A stretch of DNA of 64,000 nt, taken from IMG/VR virus record IMGVR_UViG_3300025161_000004, positions 124,001-188,000 of that record. The stretch is one strand, 5' to 3'. Position 1 is the stretch's first letter. Every line of letters begins with the position of its first letter. Shown here in pieces: positions 1-9,305 of the stretch. The position numbers were made by a program, and so were the translations under genes. Under the pieces are notes generated by a model, which was not told the DNA's origin, did not search any database, and worked only from the letters and a program-made list of their open reading frames with translations.

Positions 1-157
1 CTTCAGTTAATGAATATTGGTTATAGTTTTCATATGGGTGAATACTGAATTCAAAACTATTAGATATACCAATGGTTTTATATATGTGATCATTGAACTT
101 ATTATTAAATGCTTGTCCAAGATGAGAGCTATAAATCACACGGATTATGGATTTCAT
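1..157 (-). CDS. Glycosyltransferase (GT2-like), 5' part only, truncated by window edge
   Basis: Not in ORF track. Manual translation from ATG at 157 gives MKSIIRVIYSSHLGQAFNNKFNDHIYKTIGISNSFEFSIHPYENYNQYSLTE, resembling GT-A N-termini (..KTIG...PYEN...YSLTE). Host-type promoter lies directly upstream. Confidence 0.55.
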   Translation of the reverse strand, partial: MKSIIRVIYSSHLGQAFNNKFNDHIYKTIGISNSFEFSIHPYENYNQYSLTE

Positions 158-165
158 ACAAAAAT

Positions 166-196
166 CAAAAATAATAGAAAATTTGATTCTTGTAAA
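166..196 (-). promoter_or_regulatory. Bacteroidetes-type sigma70 promoter TTTA-N19-TATTTTTG
   Basis: Matches the -33 TTTG/-7 TAnnTTTG geometry, 9 nt upstream of the ATG at 157. Confidence 0.6.
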
Positions 197-199
197 GTG

Positions 200-514
200 T
201 TATTGATTTCTTATTTTTTGTAGACCGCTCTCATATACTGATTTAACTCTTTCCAATGGAAAGGGAATACGTATTAAAGTACCATCAGGGATATCAAATT
301 CAGATAAATATTCAGGATTCGCAAATAGTATAAAAAAATCATAAAATGGATCATTATAATATTTTTGTGATAATTTATCCATTCTACTTCTACCTTCATT
401 CCAAATTTCATATTTATCTGTACTGGCTATTGGTATCTTTACAAATGGTAATTGATCTATATCACCATTTTCATTAATGAAAATCTCGTATCTATTATAT
501 GTATTTCTTATCAT
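200..514 (-). CDS. Baseplate wedge protein, T4 gp53-like (LysM-type fold)
   Basis: RMDKLSQKYYNDPFYDFFILFANP...DIPDGTLIRIP pattern; follows the tube-initiator-like gene. Confidence 0.7.
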   Translation of the reverse strand: MIRNTYNRYEIFINENGDIDQLPFVKIPIASTDKYEIWNEGRSRMDKLSQKYYNDPFYDFFILFANPEYLSEFDIPDGTLIRIPFPLERVKSVYESGLQKIRNQ

Positions 515-526
515 AAATTAATTTAT

Positions 527-3490
527 TTAAAAACTAATATTTTTAGGATCATCAGTTCCATACTGTAAATCCTCATATTTTTTAGGTAATGCGTAAACAC
601 CTTTATCATAATATGTAGAATTTGCATAATAGTTAAATCCTATAGCATTTTGAAGTGCATCGATAGGTCCTCTTAATGACTGACCACCTATTACCTTCAT
701 AGACATTGAAATATCACAAATCATATACTGCATTCCCATTCCCTCAGGATTCGTATCCCAAGGTGCATCACTATAGTTAAAATTAATACTTTCTATAATT
801 ACTTTAGTATGAAAAAAGTCACCAATACGTAATATACATACTGGTTGACGACCAAATACAGAATTCTTACTACTTAATTGTTCACCATTAGAACTTATCA
901 TTCTCATGGCTGCGCCTTGGCGTACACATTGCTGTAAAAATGTTAATCTTTTATGAAAATCTTCTGGTGTTTGAGAATAAAAAACTGGTACAAATTTATT
1001 TTCACGTATATAATTAAACCCCCTAACTTTACCATCTTCAATTGTAAATGGATTAAATATACAATTTGATGGGTAGTTTTGTTCTGCTTTTATTCTAGAT
1101 ATTTCCTTATCCAAAGAATCTTTTGCTTCGATTAAATTATCAATTTCTTCTTGATTTATATTCGTTTGATTTTCGATAGTTTGTTGTTCTGTAACACCTT
1201 TGTTTCTAAATATAATTCTCACATATCTCGATTTTTTTGATTCAGGAAGATTTATACTGTCAGCAGATCTTGTACTTTCAGGTGCTAAAATACTACTATT
1301 AGGTACAATCGTAACAGTAGCACCTAGTTCTTCCATAGTTTTACCATTATTAGCTTCTTTGAATTTTTGTTCAAAGAAATTTTTTACAGCAATAGCTCTT
1401 CTTTCACTTAACTCTTTGTTATAATCAAATTCTTTTGATCTATCAATATACAACTTTGATGCATTACCTTCAAATATAATTTCAAGTGAAGCAATAGTAT
1501 CATCATCCTTTATGGATTGAATTCTATTATTAATTAATTCAACAAAATTACTATTCAAATTATCATTATTAGTGGCATATATATTTGTTGATTGATTACC
1601 TGTCTCATAATTAGCATCAATAATATCATTTTGTATTGTGGTATTTAGATTTGCATCTATTTTAGGTATGTCATTTGGGAAAAATATATTTATATCACTA
1701 TAATTAAAATCCTTATAATTTCTAATTACAGTTTTTTCTCTTAAAGTTTCAATTTGTTTAACTATATCATCTCTCTTTTTTACTTTATCTGATAAATTAT
1801 ATGTTTCTTTAGGTGTAGCTTCACCACCAAAAGCAAAAAAATCTGCAAATTCTTTATTTGTTGTAAATCCTTTTATTTGGGGTGGATAATCTATAATTAA
1901 CTTAAATGATAGAGTTGCAGATCTTTCAGAAAAACCATAAGTATACATTGGTTCATTTCTACCAATGAAATTTACTTGTTCCCACTTAGCAGTTGCTTGT
2001 TCTTCTAAATTAATATCATATGGTGCAAACCACATTAACCGACCATAATTCGGACCGATTTCGCACTTAGGTAATTGAATATTAGGCATACCTTCAGGTA
2101 ATCCAATCACATTACCTTCTTCATTTAATTGAAAAGCTAAATTCTCTATTGAGAACATAACTTTTTTATTAATCGCCTGAGATGATTTACTAATCATTGG
2201 GGTAATATTTGGTATTACCCTTTCATAAATAACTGAATTTGGATTACCATTATAAACATAGTTACCTTCAAATCTAATAGCCTTAGCGAAACGATTATAT
2301 TGATCAAGTACTGTATGCTGTCTTAATCCTTCATTTGGTGCATTTTCTCTATATCTTCTAACAATACTATTTTCAGGTACATTATATAATGCACTACCAT
2401 TAAATCCAACTAACTTACCTTTACCACTAATATCAGTCTTTCTGTAGAATTTCTTTCTGGTTTGATCAATTAAATTTCCACCATAAGCATTAAGTAATTG
2501 TGCTGTGTGTTTTAATAAACCTATTCTTGACCCAAATTTATTTATTGATTCACTTTCAACATTAGTATCTCTTGAATACTTCTGTACTTCTAATGTATCT
2601 TCACTTACATCTGTTTTACCCCAAATAATTTGATTATCGTCATCATAATGACCATCAGGTCTTCTTTCAAAATATTCAAATTCATCGGAAAAATTGTTAT
2701 TATCTGTTCTACCTAATGCAGCAATAAATTCATTATTGAGAGAAAAGTTTTTATCTAATGATCCTCCATATTCTTGATAAGCAGAATTATTTTTAGATAA
2801 TTCCATTCTTAATTCTGATTGAGATGCTCTTAATTTTGCATCAGCATCAGATTTATATGGAGCATCATCAGAAATATATCCTTCAATTTTATAATATGTA
2901 GATAATAATGGAAATCCTTGATTTTCTAATGATCCATATATTTGATTTGAAGAATTTCTATAAAAATTTCTACTTAAATTATTAGTTAATATTAATAACT
3001 GACCTTTACCTGTATTACGTATATAATCTATATCAGTACTTTGAGGTGTAAATGGTGATCTACGTAAGTTTGTACCGACTAATGTCTCAAGAATTCTACT
3101 TATATTTGATTGTTGTTCATCTCTTGTTATACGATAATCAATTTTACGTATAGCAAATTTTGTATTTGGATTTTTATCGAATAAATTACCTAAATTAAAC
3201 GTTGGTATTATTTCAGCAGAACCTTGAGATATTACTGTTTGAGATAATTGTTTTGCTAATTGAACTAATCCTATTTGAGCAATAGGAGTATTAGGCCCTA
3301 TGACTCTACCTAAAACTGTATTAGTAATATCAAATGATTTGAATGGTAATGCTATATTGGCTAATGCATTTACTGCATTTATGATTGCGGGATTATTTAT
3401 TTCATAAATGTTGTTGGGAGTATATAAGTTTTTAGCTAAAAGGGAATCTCTCAATTTAGCTGTTTCAATACTTGTTTCTAATCTTGACAT
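527..3490 (-). CDS. Large baseplate / tail-tube-initiator-like protein with inserted OmpA-like domain
   Basis: WEQVNFIGRNEPMYTYGFSERSATLSFKL (tube-initiator type) plus IIFEGNAS...YNKELSERRAIAVKNF...RYVRI (OmpA C-like); late motif upstream. Confidence 0.6.
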   Translation of the reverse strand: MSRLETSIETAKLRDSLLAKNLYTPNNIYEINNPAIINAVNALANIALPFKSFDITNTVLGRVIGPNTPIAQIGLVQLAKQLSQTVISQGSAEIIPTFNLGNLFDKNPNTKFAIRKIDYRITRDEQQSNISRILETLVGTNLRRSPFTPQSTDIDYIRNTGKGQLLILTNNLSRNFYRNSSNQIYGSLENQGFPLLSTYYKIEGYISDDAPYKSDADAKLRASQSELRMELSKNNSAYQEYGGSLDKNFSLNNEFIAALGRTDNNNFSDEFEYFERRPDGHYDDDNQIIWGKTDVSEDTLEVQKYSRDTNVESESINKFGSRIGLLKHTAQLLNAYGGNLIDQTRKKFYRKTDISGKGKLVGFNGSALYNVPENSIVRRYRENAPNEGLRQHTVLDQYNRFAKAIRFEGNYVYNGNPNSVIYERVIPNITPMISKSSQAINKKVMFSIENLAFQLNEEGNVIGLPEGMPNIQLPKCEIGPNYGRLMWFAPYDINLEEQATAKWEQVNFIGRNEPMYTYGFSERSATLSFKLIIDYPPQIKGFTTNKEFADFFAFGGEATPKETYNLSDKVKKRDDIVKQIETLREKTVIRNYKDFNYSDINIFFPNDIPKIDANLNTTIQNDIIDANYETGNQSTNIYATNNDNLNSNFVELINNRIQSIKDDDTIASLEIIFEGNASKLYIDRSKEFDYNKELSERRAIAVKNFFEQKFKEANNGKTMEELGATVTIVPNSSILAPESTRSADSINLPESKKSRYVRIIFRNKGVTEQQTIENQTNINQEEIDNLIEAKDSLDKEISRIKAEQNYPSNCIFNPFTIEDGKVRGFNYIRENKFVPVFYSQTPEDFHKRLTFLQQCVRQGAAMRMISSNGEQLSSKNSVFGRQPVCILRIGDFFHTKVIIESINFNYSDAPWDTNPEGMGMQYMICDISMSMKVIGGQSLRGPIDALQNAIGFNYYANSTYYDKGVYALPKKYEDLQYGTDDPKNISF

Positions 3491-3565
3491 ATTATCTCAA
3501 AATGGTCATATTTAAATTTTAGTTAAGAATTAAATTCTTACCTAACTCCGAGTAAACCTTTTGAG

Positions 3566-3573
3566 ATAAATAC
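3566..3573 (-). promoter_or_regulatory. Late promoter motif GTATTTAT
   Basis: Recurring motif upstream of structural genes. Confidence 0.6.
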
Positions 3574-3604
3574 TTTTTAAAAAAAATATAAATTTGACTT
3601 GACT

Positions 3605-3633
3605 TTTTATATTCTACTACGTAGAATATAAAA
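3605..3633. repeat. Perfect 13-bp inverted repeat TTTTATATTCTAC-tac-GTAGAATATAAAA
   Basis: Read directly from the sequence in the intergenic gap. Confidence 0.85.
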
Positions 3634-3801
3634 CACATAGAAAATAGACTGATTTTTTTAAATTTTTTTATCGAAAAAAAATGAGCAAAATAGTGCGCCT
3701 TAGACTTCGACATTACGATTTCACCGCACATCCTCTTTTTATTTTTGTTTTATTTTTTTATTTTTTACAAAACTTTATTACGGTGCTTTCGCAAAGTTTT
3801 G

Positions 3802-3834
3802 GCGAAAGTTACAAAATTTTTTTGACATTTGCAA
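3802..3834 (-). promoter_or_regulatory. Host-type promoter variant TTG-N20-TAACTTTCGC pointing into a non-coding gap
   Basis: Same spacing as the TTG-N20 promoters at 16262 and 17102. Confidence 0.45.
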
Positions 3835-3865
3835 GTGATTTAGAAAAAAAAATTAATATTTTTTT

Positions 3866-6433
3866 TTATCCTCTACCTTTTTGGGCAGCTACTGTGACAT
3901 CTACGATTTGTCTCGATAATGCTGATGCCATAGTTCTACCATCAACATTAATTATCGTATTTACATTTAAAGCCACTTCTTTTCTGTCAAATTCAACTTT
4001 TAATGGTTTACTAAATAAATCAGATAATTGAGATATAAAATTATTATTAGAGACATCTGCTTCAGCAATAGTTTTGATTGCTTTAGCTGTTTCAATAAAG
4101 TTAGTATTATCACCTGCCATAACTGCAGCAATACCACTAAAAGCTGTACCAACCTTTTCAAGTGTTCCACTATATAATGCCATAACTGTTAATGCCGCAG
4201 TTAATGCAGTAACACCAATTATACCTGTAGTAGATAATAATGCCAATGATCCTGCTATTCCAGCAAATGCTAATGTTACTGCTTTCATTTTTTCAATAGA
4301 TATATTCTGCATTAGTTTTGTCATTCCATCAGCCATAAACCCAATACCAGCTGCAGCAATACCTATACCAGCACCAATCATTAATATTGCACCTCCAAAA
4401 CCAAGCATCGGTAATGCAGCAGAACTAGCAGCAAAACCGAGAGCAATTACTGCAACAGACAATACACCAAATCCAATACCTAAATAACTTACAACATCTT
4501 TTAACAGTGCCATTTGATCAACATTTAATTCTTTTATACTTTCAGCTAATCCAGAAATACCTTTTGCGGCTAACCATATACCAGCACCTAAAGCAACAAA
4601 AGCAGCACCCATTGCCAATATTGTTTTAGGATTAATTTTTTTCATTTCATTAGTTACATTCTCACTAATACCGCCACTTGGCATTTGTTTTATATTACCA
4701 CCAGCGATATCTTTCATTTTTCCTTTTGCTTTTTCTTTTACTTTTTCTTTCGCTGCTTCACCAACAGTGCTTTGAATTGTGCCAGTAATTTCTTTTTTTG
4801 AAAAATAAGAACCAATCATTTGAGCACTTGTTTTTATTGCAGAAAATGATTTGGTTGTTAAATCCCAAAACTTTTTTCCAGCAACAAATACAATACTAAG
4901 TGCTGCAACCCATTTCATAGCTGATTTACCCCAATCAGGAATAGAATCAAATATATCATTAATACCTTTTAGAATCGGAGAAATTGTATCAAGAACTGCA
5001 TTTATACCTCTTAACGAAGGTAATAATGCAGCTTTCAATCCCTCAACTGTCGCTGCTAATTGTTCATTAAATGTTTGTGCTGCTTTAGCTCTTTCCTCTA
5101 AAGAGGTTTTTTGGGATTTTAATCCCTCGATTTCAGCTTTACTTAATTTAGATAATTCCTTTTTTTGATCACCAATCATTACATAAAACTTACCTGTACC
5201 CTTTTCGAATTGAGCCATACCTTCAATTACACTTCTATCTTCAGGATTAAGTATACCACTACTAGACATTTGCCTGCGCATTTCCTGTATCTTAGCCATT
5301 TGAATTGCTTGTTCAGCAAGTTCCTCTGTTGACATACCAAGTGCTTCGGCAGCTTTTGCTAATATATCTCTCGATTGAGGTGATGCTAAATCAAATTCAA
5401 AGCCCTCAGAAGTTTTACGTAATGTTGCCATTCCTTTGGTCATTTCATTAATTGTTTGCATGAATTTTTTGGGATCATTACGTGATTCATATAGCATTTT
5501 AAATGGATCGGTTTTAGCGAATTCACCACCTAATACTTGTAATTTTGATGCTAAATCAACCGCCCCCTCAAGAGTTCTGGCTTTATCTGCAGCATTTAAA
5601 GTGCTTTCCATATTAATTTTAAATTTCTCAGAATACATTGCCATATCAGACATACCAGCAACCCCTGTTTTAAATCCATATGTTGCTAATCTCTTAAAAT
5701 TAGCATTCATAGATTTTAATATTTTATTACTATTAAGACCAAATTTTTCGGATGAATCAACAATATTTTGAACAGTTTTAGCAGTATCCTCTGCATTAGT
5801 ACCAACTAATTCAAATTTACCAATTAATTCTCCAGCACCTTGAACACCTAATGCAGTTCCTTTTGCTATTCTTGTTACAGCAATTGCAGCTTCTTTATAG
5901 AGTAAAGTTTGTCTACCAGTTAATTCAGAATAAGTTGTTTGAATTTCCGATAGTTCTTGGAGATTAGAACCAAGATATGCTAATTCTACTGCCGAATCTT
6001 CAAAATTTTTGCGTAATATATTTGCTTTATTACCTGATAAGCCTAAATTAAGTATTGTTTGTCTAATTGCCTTATCAGATTGCATTAGATATGTAAAATA
6101 GTTTCTAGCACTATTAACTATACCTTCCCTAATATTTTTTAAATTTTCTAATCCTTGTTTTTGTTTTTCTATTTCTTTTCTTTGTTGTCCATAAATTTTT
6201 AATAGATTTTCATTAGCCTTTAAAGTGTTTTCATCACCTTCAAGAATTTTAGATCTTAAATTTTGAATTTTTTTATTTATTTCACCGTAATCTTTATTAA
6301 GATCATTTAATCTTCTTTGTGTACTAAAAATACCTTTTTGTGTATCAAATATACTTAATAATGTTCTTTCTTCACCCTCAAGAAGCTGATTAATTTTTTC
6401 TTGTAGTTTTAATCTTTCATTATCGATTGCCAT
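3866..6433 (-). CDS. Tail tape measure protein
   Basis: 855 aa, Ala/Gly/Lys-rich helical, hydrophobic C-terminal segments, directly downstream of the tail chaperone genes. Confidence 0.85.
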   Translation of the reverse strand: MAIDNERLKLQEKINQLLEGEERTLLSIFDTQKGIFSTQRRLNDLNKDYGEINKKIQNLRSKILEGDENTLKANENLLKIYGQQRKEIEKQKQGLENLKNIREGIVNSARNYFTYLMQSDKAIRQTILNLGLSGNKANILRKNFEDSAVELAYLGSNLQELSEIQTTYSELTGRQTLLYKEAAIAVTRIAKGTALGVQGAGELIGKFELVGTNAEDTAKTVQNIVDSSEKFGLNSNKILKSMNANFKRLATYGFKTGVAGMSDMAMYSEKFKINMESTLNAADKARTLEGAVDLASKLQVLGGEFAKTDPFKMLYESRNDPKKFMQTINEMTKGMATLRKTSEGFEFDLASPQSRDILAKAAEALGMSTEELAEQAIQMAKIQEMRRQMSSSGILNPEDRSVIEGMAQFEKGTGKFYVMIGDQKKELSKLSKAEIEGLKSQKTSLEERAKAAQTFNEQLAATVEGLKAALLPSLRGINAVLDTISPILKGINDIFDSIPDWGKSAMKWVAALSIVFVAGKKFWDLTTKSFSAIKTSAQMIGSYFSKKEITGTIQSTVGEAAKEKVKEKAKGKMKDIAGGNIKQMPSGGISENVTNEMKKINPKTILAMGAAFVALGAGIWLAAKGISGLAESIKELNVDQMALLKDVVSYLGIGFGVLSVAVIALGFAASSAALPMLGFGGAILMIGAGIGIAAAGIGFMADGMTKLMQNISIEKMKAVTLAFAGIAGSLALLSTTGIIGVTALTAALTVMALYSGTLEKVGTAFSGIAAVMAGDNTNFIETAKAIKTIAEADVSNNNFISQLSDLFSKPLKVEFDRKEVALNVNTIINVDGRTMASALSRQIVDVTVAAQKGRG

Positions 6434-6454
6434 ATTAATTGCAAATTATTTCTA

Positions 6455-6462
6455 ATAAATAC
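6455..6462 (-). promoter_or_regulatory. Late promoter motif GTATTTAT
   Basis: About 22 nt upstream of the tape measure ATG, directly after a terminator. Confidence 0.7.
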
Positions 6463-6472
6463 ACAATAAGCA

Positions 6473-6498
6473 AAAACCCTTCGAATTCGAAGGGTTTT
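6473..6498 (-). terminator. Rho-independent terminator (perfect 26-bp palindrome AAAACCCTTCGAATTCGAAGGGTTTT)
   Basis: Hairpin plus T-run directly after the stop of the gp51-like gene. Confidence 0.8.
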
Positions 6499-6500
6499 AT

Positions 6501-6695
6501 TTATCTCTTCCTTATACCAGAAACCGATAGCGTTTTATTTTTTCTGGCTTGTTTTTCAAAAATTTCTTTGGTTTCTTTAGCTTCTTTCTCAAGTAGATGA
6601 AGATAATATCTTCTTTTCCATACTGGAATACTTTCAATGTATTCGGAAGAAAATCTACCATGTTTAGTAAGCAGGTAAATTTCTTGAATTACCAT
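6501..6695 (-). CDS. Baseplate hub assembly / tail chaperone, gp51-like (possible -1 frameshift extension of upstream gene)
   Basis: IQEIYLLTKHGRFSSEYIESIPVWKRRYYL pattern; frame stays open upstream through a T9 slippery run. Confidence 0.7.
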   Translation of the reverse strand: MVIQEIYLLTKHGRFSSEYIESIPVWKRRYYLHLLEKEAKETKEIFEKQARKNKTLSVSGIRKR

Positions 6696-6712
6696 TTTTT
6701 TATATTCTCCAG

Positions 6713-7663
6713 CTAAAGATTTGGGAAAAAAAAATCTACTCCCATTACTATGGGTGCTTTAAATGTATTACCTGCAGGTGATGTAAATTGATAGTTCATA
6801 TCTACACCAGGGCTAACATCTAATATTTTTTTTCTTAGAGTTAATGAATCCAAAGCTGGCATAGCATCAACAAATCTACTAATATACATTTTATCTCTTT
6901 TACCATCTATCTCGGTTATTTGTGTTTTTAATCTAAGTGTATTTAATTCATTATATTCCTGATTATATGCTTCTTTCATTGCGTCAGCTTTTTTTATTAC
7001 TTCATCAATTTCTCTTGAATTTAATAATCTAAATTTTACAATCTTTTTTCTCATGGGTAATTCTATTGTAAACTCACCATTTTCATCAGGAAATTCGGTT
7101 ATCTCTTTATTTTTTAATTTAGTTAAATCAATAGTTGCCTTAAATTGTTTTCCAGTAAATGGATCGGTGACATTCACATCATAATCCTTACCATATGATG
7201 ATGCTCTTAGAAAAATTAGAATAGCATCCTTATCTCCAACTAATAGATCGCCCACATTAACGTTAGGTGTCTTAATTTTGCGTTTAAGAATCACATCAAG
7301 TACAGTACCATTTTCTATAAGTGCTGGGGTTGTTAAAATATCTTCATCTTTCGATGTAAGATATTCAACCATTACTTCATCTAATCTATTTTTATAAAAT
7401 AAACCCTTTGATGGTAATTTAACAGTATCAACACCAACAATAAGATCGGGATCATTTTCAACACTTATTCTTTTTATATGTTCATCAAAGTTATTATCGA
7501 GTTTAGGAATTTGAGTTTGTGCTGTACTGAATTGATTTTCAGGAATTCCCTTTTGGGATAATGTTACGTTTTCGGTTTTAGTTTTATATGCTGCATTAGC
7601 TTCTTCTTTTTTTGCGTAATAATTTCTAAGCGATTCATTTAGTAATGACGATTCTTGATTCAT
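6713..7663 (-). CDS. Baseplate hub assembly / tail chaperone, T4 gp26-like
   Basis: VKLPSKGLFY...EYLTSKDEDILT...DKDAILIFLRASSYG...GVDFFFP pattern. Confidence 0.75.
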   Translation of the reverse strand: MNQESSLLNESLRNYYAKKEEANAAYKTKTENVTLSQKGIPENQFSTAQTQIPKLDNNFDEHIKRISVENDPDLIVGVDTVKLPSKGLFYKNRLDEVMVEYLTSKDEDILTTPALIENGTVLDVILKRKIKTPNVNVGDLLVGDKDAILIFLRASSYGKDYDVNVTDPFTGKQFKATIDLTKLKNKEITEFPDENGEFTIELPMRKKIVKFRLLNSREIDEVIKKADAMKEAYNQEYNELNTLRLKTQITEIDGKRDKMYISRFVDAMPALDSLTLRKKILDVSPGVDMNYQFTSPAGNTFKAPIVMGVDFFFPNL

Positions 7664-7707
7664 ATCTCAGATTTATAAATTATTATAAAATATTATTATA
7701 TGTACCT

Positions 7708-7715
7708 ATAAATAG
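7708..7715 (-). promoter_or_regulatory. Late promoter motif CTATTTAT
   Basis: Upstream of the gp26-like gene. Confidence 0.6.
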
Positions 7716-7794
7716 TTGTATAAAAAAAAAGTTATAAAAAAATTCAAGATTTTTAATTAAAAATTGTATAATACAATATAAACTAATTAAATAA

Positions 7795-8583
7795 ATGACT
7801 AAAAAGAGAAGGGATCAGTCCTTTACCCTAACACAGGAAGAAGTTAATAAACAAGCCAAAGAGTTAATAAATAATATTATTATTTCAGATGTTAAAATAC
7901 ATGCTAAAAATGAAAGTCAAAAGAAATTAATAAAGACAATTAATGAAAAAGAAATAACAATATGTGCAGGTCCACCAGGGTGTGGTAAAACCATAGTTTC
8001 ATTAGCTATGGCTTTGTCTTTAATAAAGAAAGATGATAATAATTATAGAAAAATATATTTGATAAAATCAGTTACAACATTAAAGGGTGAAGAAGTTGGT
8101 TTCTTAAAAGGAGATTTAAGTGAAAAGATTGAACCATTTATGTGGAGTTTTATTTTGAATGTTGATAAGTTAATTAGTGAACATGAAATTAAATCATTGT
8201 TTGATAGTGATATTATTAGACCGTTTCCATTAGCATATATTAGAGGTACTACCCTTGATAATGCAATTATTATAATTGATGAGGCTCAAAATATAACAAT
8301 TGATAATGCCAGAACAATCTTAACTCGTATTGGGCAAAATAGTAAAATGATATTATTAGGTGACACTAATCAAATTGATTTAAAGAATAAAAATGAAAGT
8401 TCGTTAGATATTTTAATTAAAATGTTTGATAACAGTGATAAAATTGGTGTGGTAAAAATGGATACTTCAGATACAAGCATACGTAATCCTATTATCAATT
8501 ACATTGAAGATACTTATAATAAGTACTTCCAAGAACTAGAAAAGGAAGGAAAATCAGCTAAACGTAATTTATTATATGGATAA
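7795..8583 (+). CDS. phoH: PhoH-like ATPase
   Basis: GPPGCGKT Walker A, PLAYIRGTTLDNAIIIIDEAQN, LTRIG...LLGDTNQID. Confidence 0.95.
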   Translation: MTKKRRDQSFTLTQEEVNKQAKELINNIIISDVKIHAKNESQKKLIKTINEKEITICAGPPGCGKTIVSLAMALSLIKKDDNNYRKIYLIKSVTTLKGEEVGFLKGDLSEKIEPFMWSFILNVDKLISEHEIKSLFDSDIIRPFPLAYIRGTTLDNAIIIIDEAQNITIDNARTILTRIGQNSKMILLGDTNQIDLKNKNESSLDILIKMFDNSDKIGVVKMDTSDTSIRNPIINYIEDTYNKYFQELEKEGKSAKRNLLYG

Positions 8584-8866
8584 TTTAATATTGGTATATT
8601 ACATTGGAACAGCAATGATTCCTGAGAATCAGATTGAATCTTATGTTAAACAAATTATTGATAGGATAAAATCTGAATCTAAAATGGTGGCAGAAATTAT
8701 TGTAATTCCCACAAAACAAGTTGATACAAGAATCGAGTGTATAAATCCAAAGTATATTACTGAACCAGAATTAATCAGAGAACATAGACTTAAAATGGAT
8801 ATGTTACATGAATATTTAAATCATTATATTAATGAATTAAAAGAAAGAAAAAAAGATGAGCAATAA
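8576..8866 (+). CDS. Hypothetical protein
   Basis: Overlaps phoH stop in an operon-like arrangement. Confidence 0.75.
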   Translation: MDNLILVYYIGTAMIPENQIESYVKQIIDRIKSESKMVAEIIVIPTKQVDTRIECINPKYITEPELIREHRLKMDMLHEYLNHYINELKERKKDEQ

Positions 8867-9305
8867 TGAATTACCAGAAGACAATACTGAAATGATTCTG
8901 AAGAAAATTTATGAACGTTTATCAGATAAGTCAGTAAAAAAGGAATTATACGATGCTATCGAAAAGATAGAAAAAATTTATGGTTATCCTATTGATATTA
9001 CATTAATAATTAATGATAATCGTAGCGATCTTGGTGTGAATACATACAATGAAGACTCATATAATTATGGTCAACAATTGGATTATGATTATATACTAAA
9101 AAAACCTCAAGATGGTACGATGAAATTATCAGAATTTATTAAGTTCTTATCTGATGAAGATCCTGAATTAAAAATATGTATTGACCCAATATATCTAAAA
9201 CATGGTATTAATGATATAGGCAATGTTCTATTGACTACTTTTAATAATAAAGTGATAATAGTCCCTAAACCAACAGAAGTAAATGAAGCCAATAATAGGA
9301 ATTGA
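8856..9305 (+). CDS. Hypothetical protein
   Basis: Overlapping ORF in the same operon. Confidence 0.7.
   Translation: MSNNELPEDNTEMILKKIYERLSDKSVKKELYDAIEKIEKIYGYPIDITLIINDNRSDLGVNTYNEDSYNYGQQLDYDYILKKPQDGTMKLSEFIKFLSDEDPELKICIDPIYLKHGINDIGNVLLTTFNNKVIIVPKPTEVNEANNRN

Noticed and set aside
3519-3731. 70-aa minus-strand ORF in the structured gap
   Set aside because: It runs through homopolymers, a perfect hairpin and a late promoter, and its composition is not protein-like.
6713-6715. TAG/TGA stop-codon recoding, as in some Bacteroidetes jumbo phages
   Set aside because: Core genes are full length in code 11. Reading through this TAG ends at TAA 7 codons later and does not join the next gene. 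The tRNA anticodons are CTG/TTG, not CTA.
7743-7772. E. coli-type sigma70 promoter upstream of phoH (TTCAAG-N18-TATAAT)
   Set aside because: Weak -35 in very AT-rich DNA and inconsistent with the inferred host consensus; not enough support to call.
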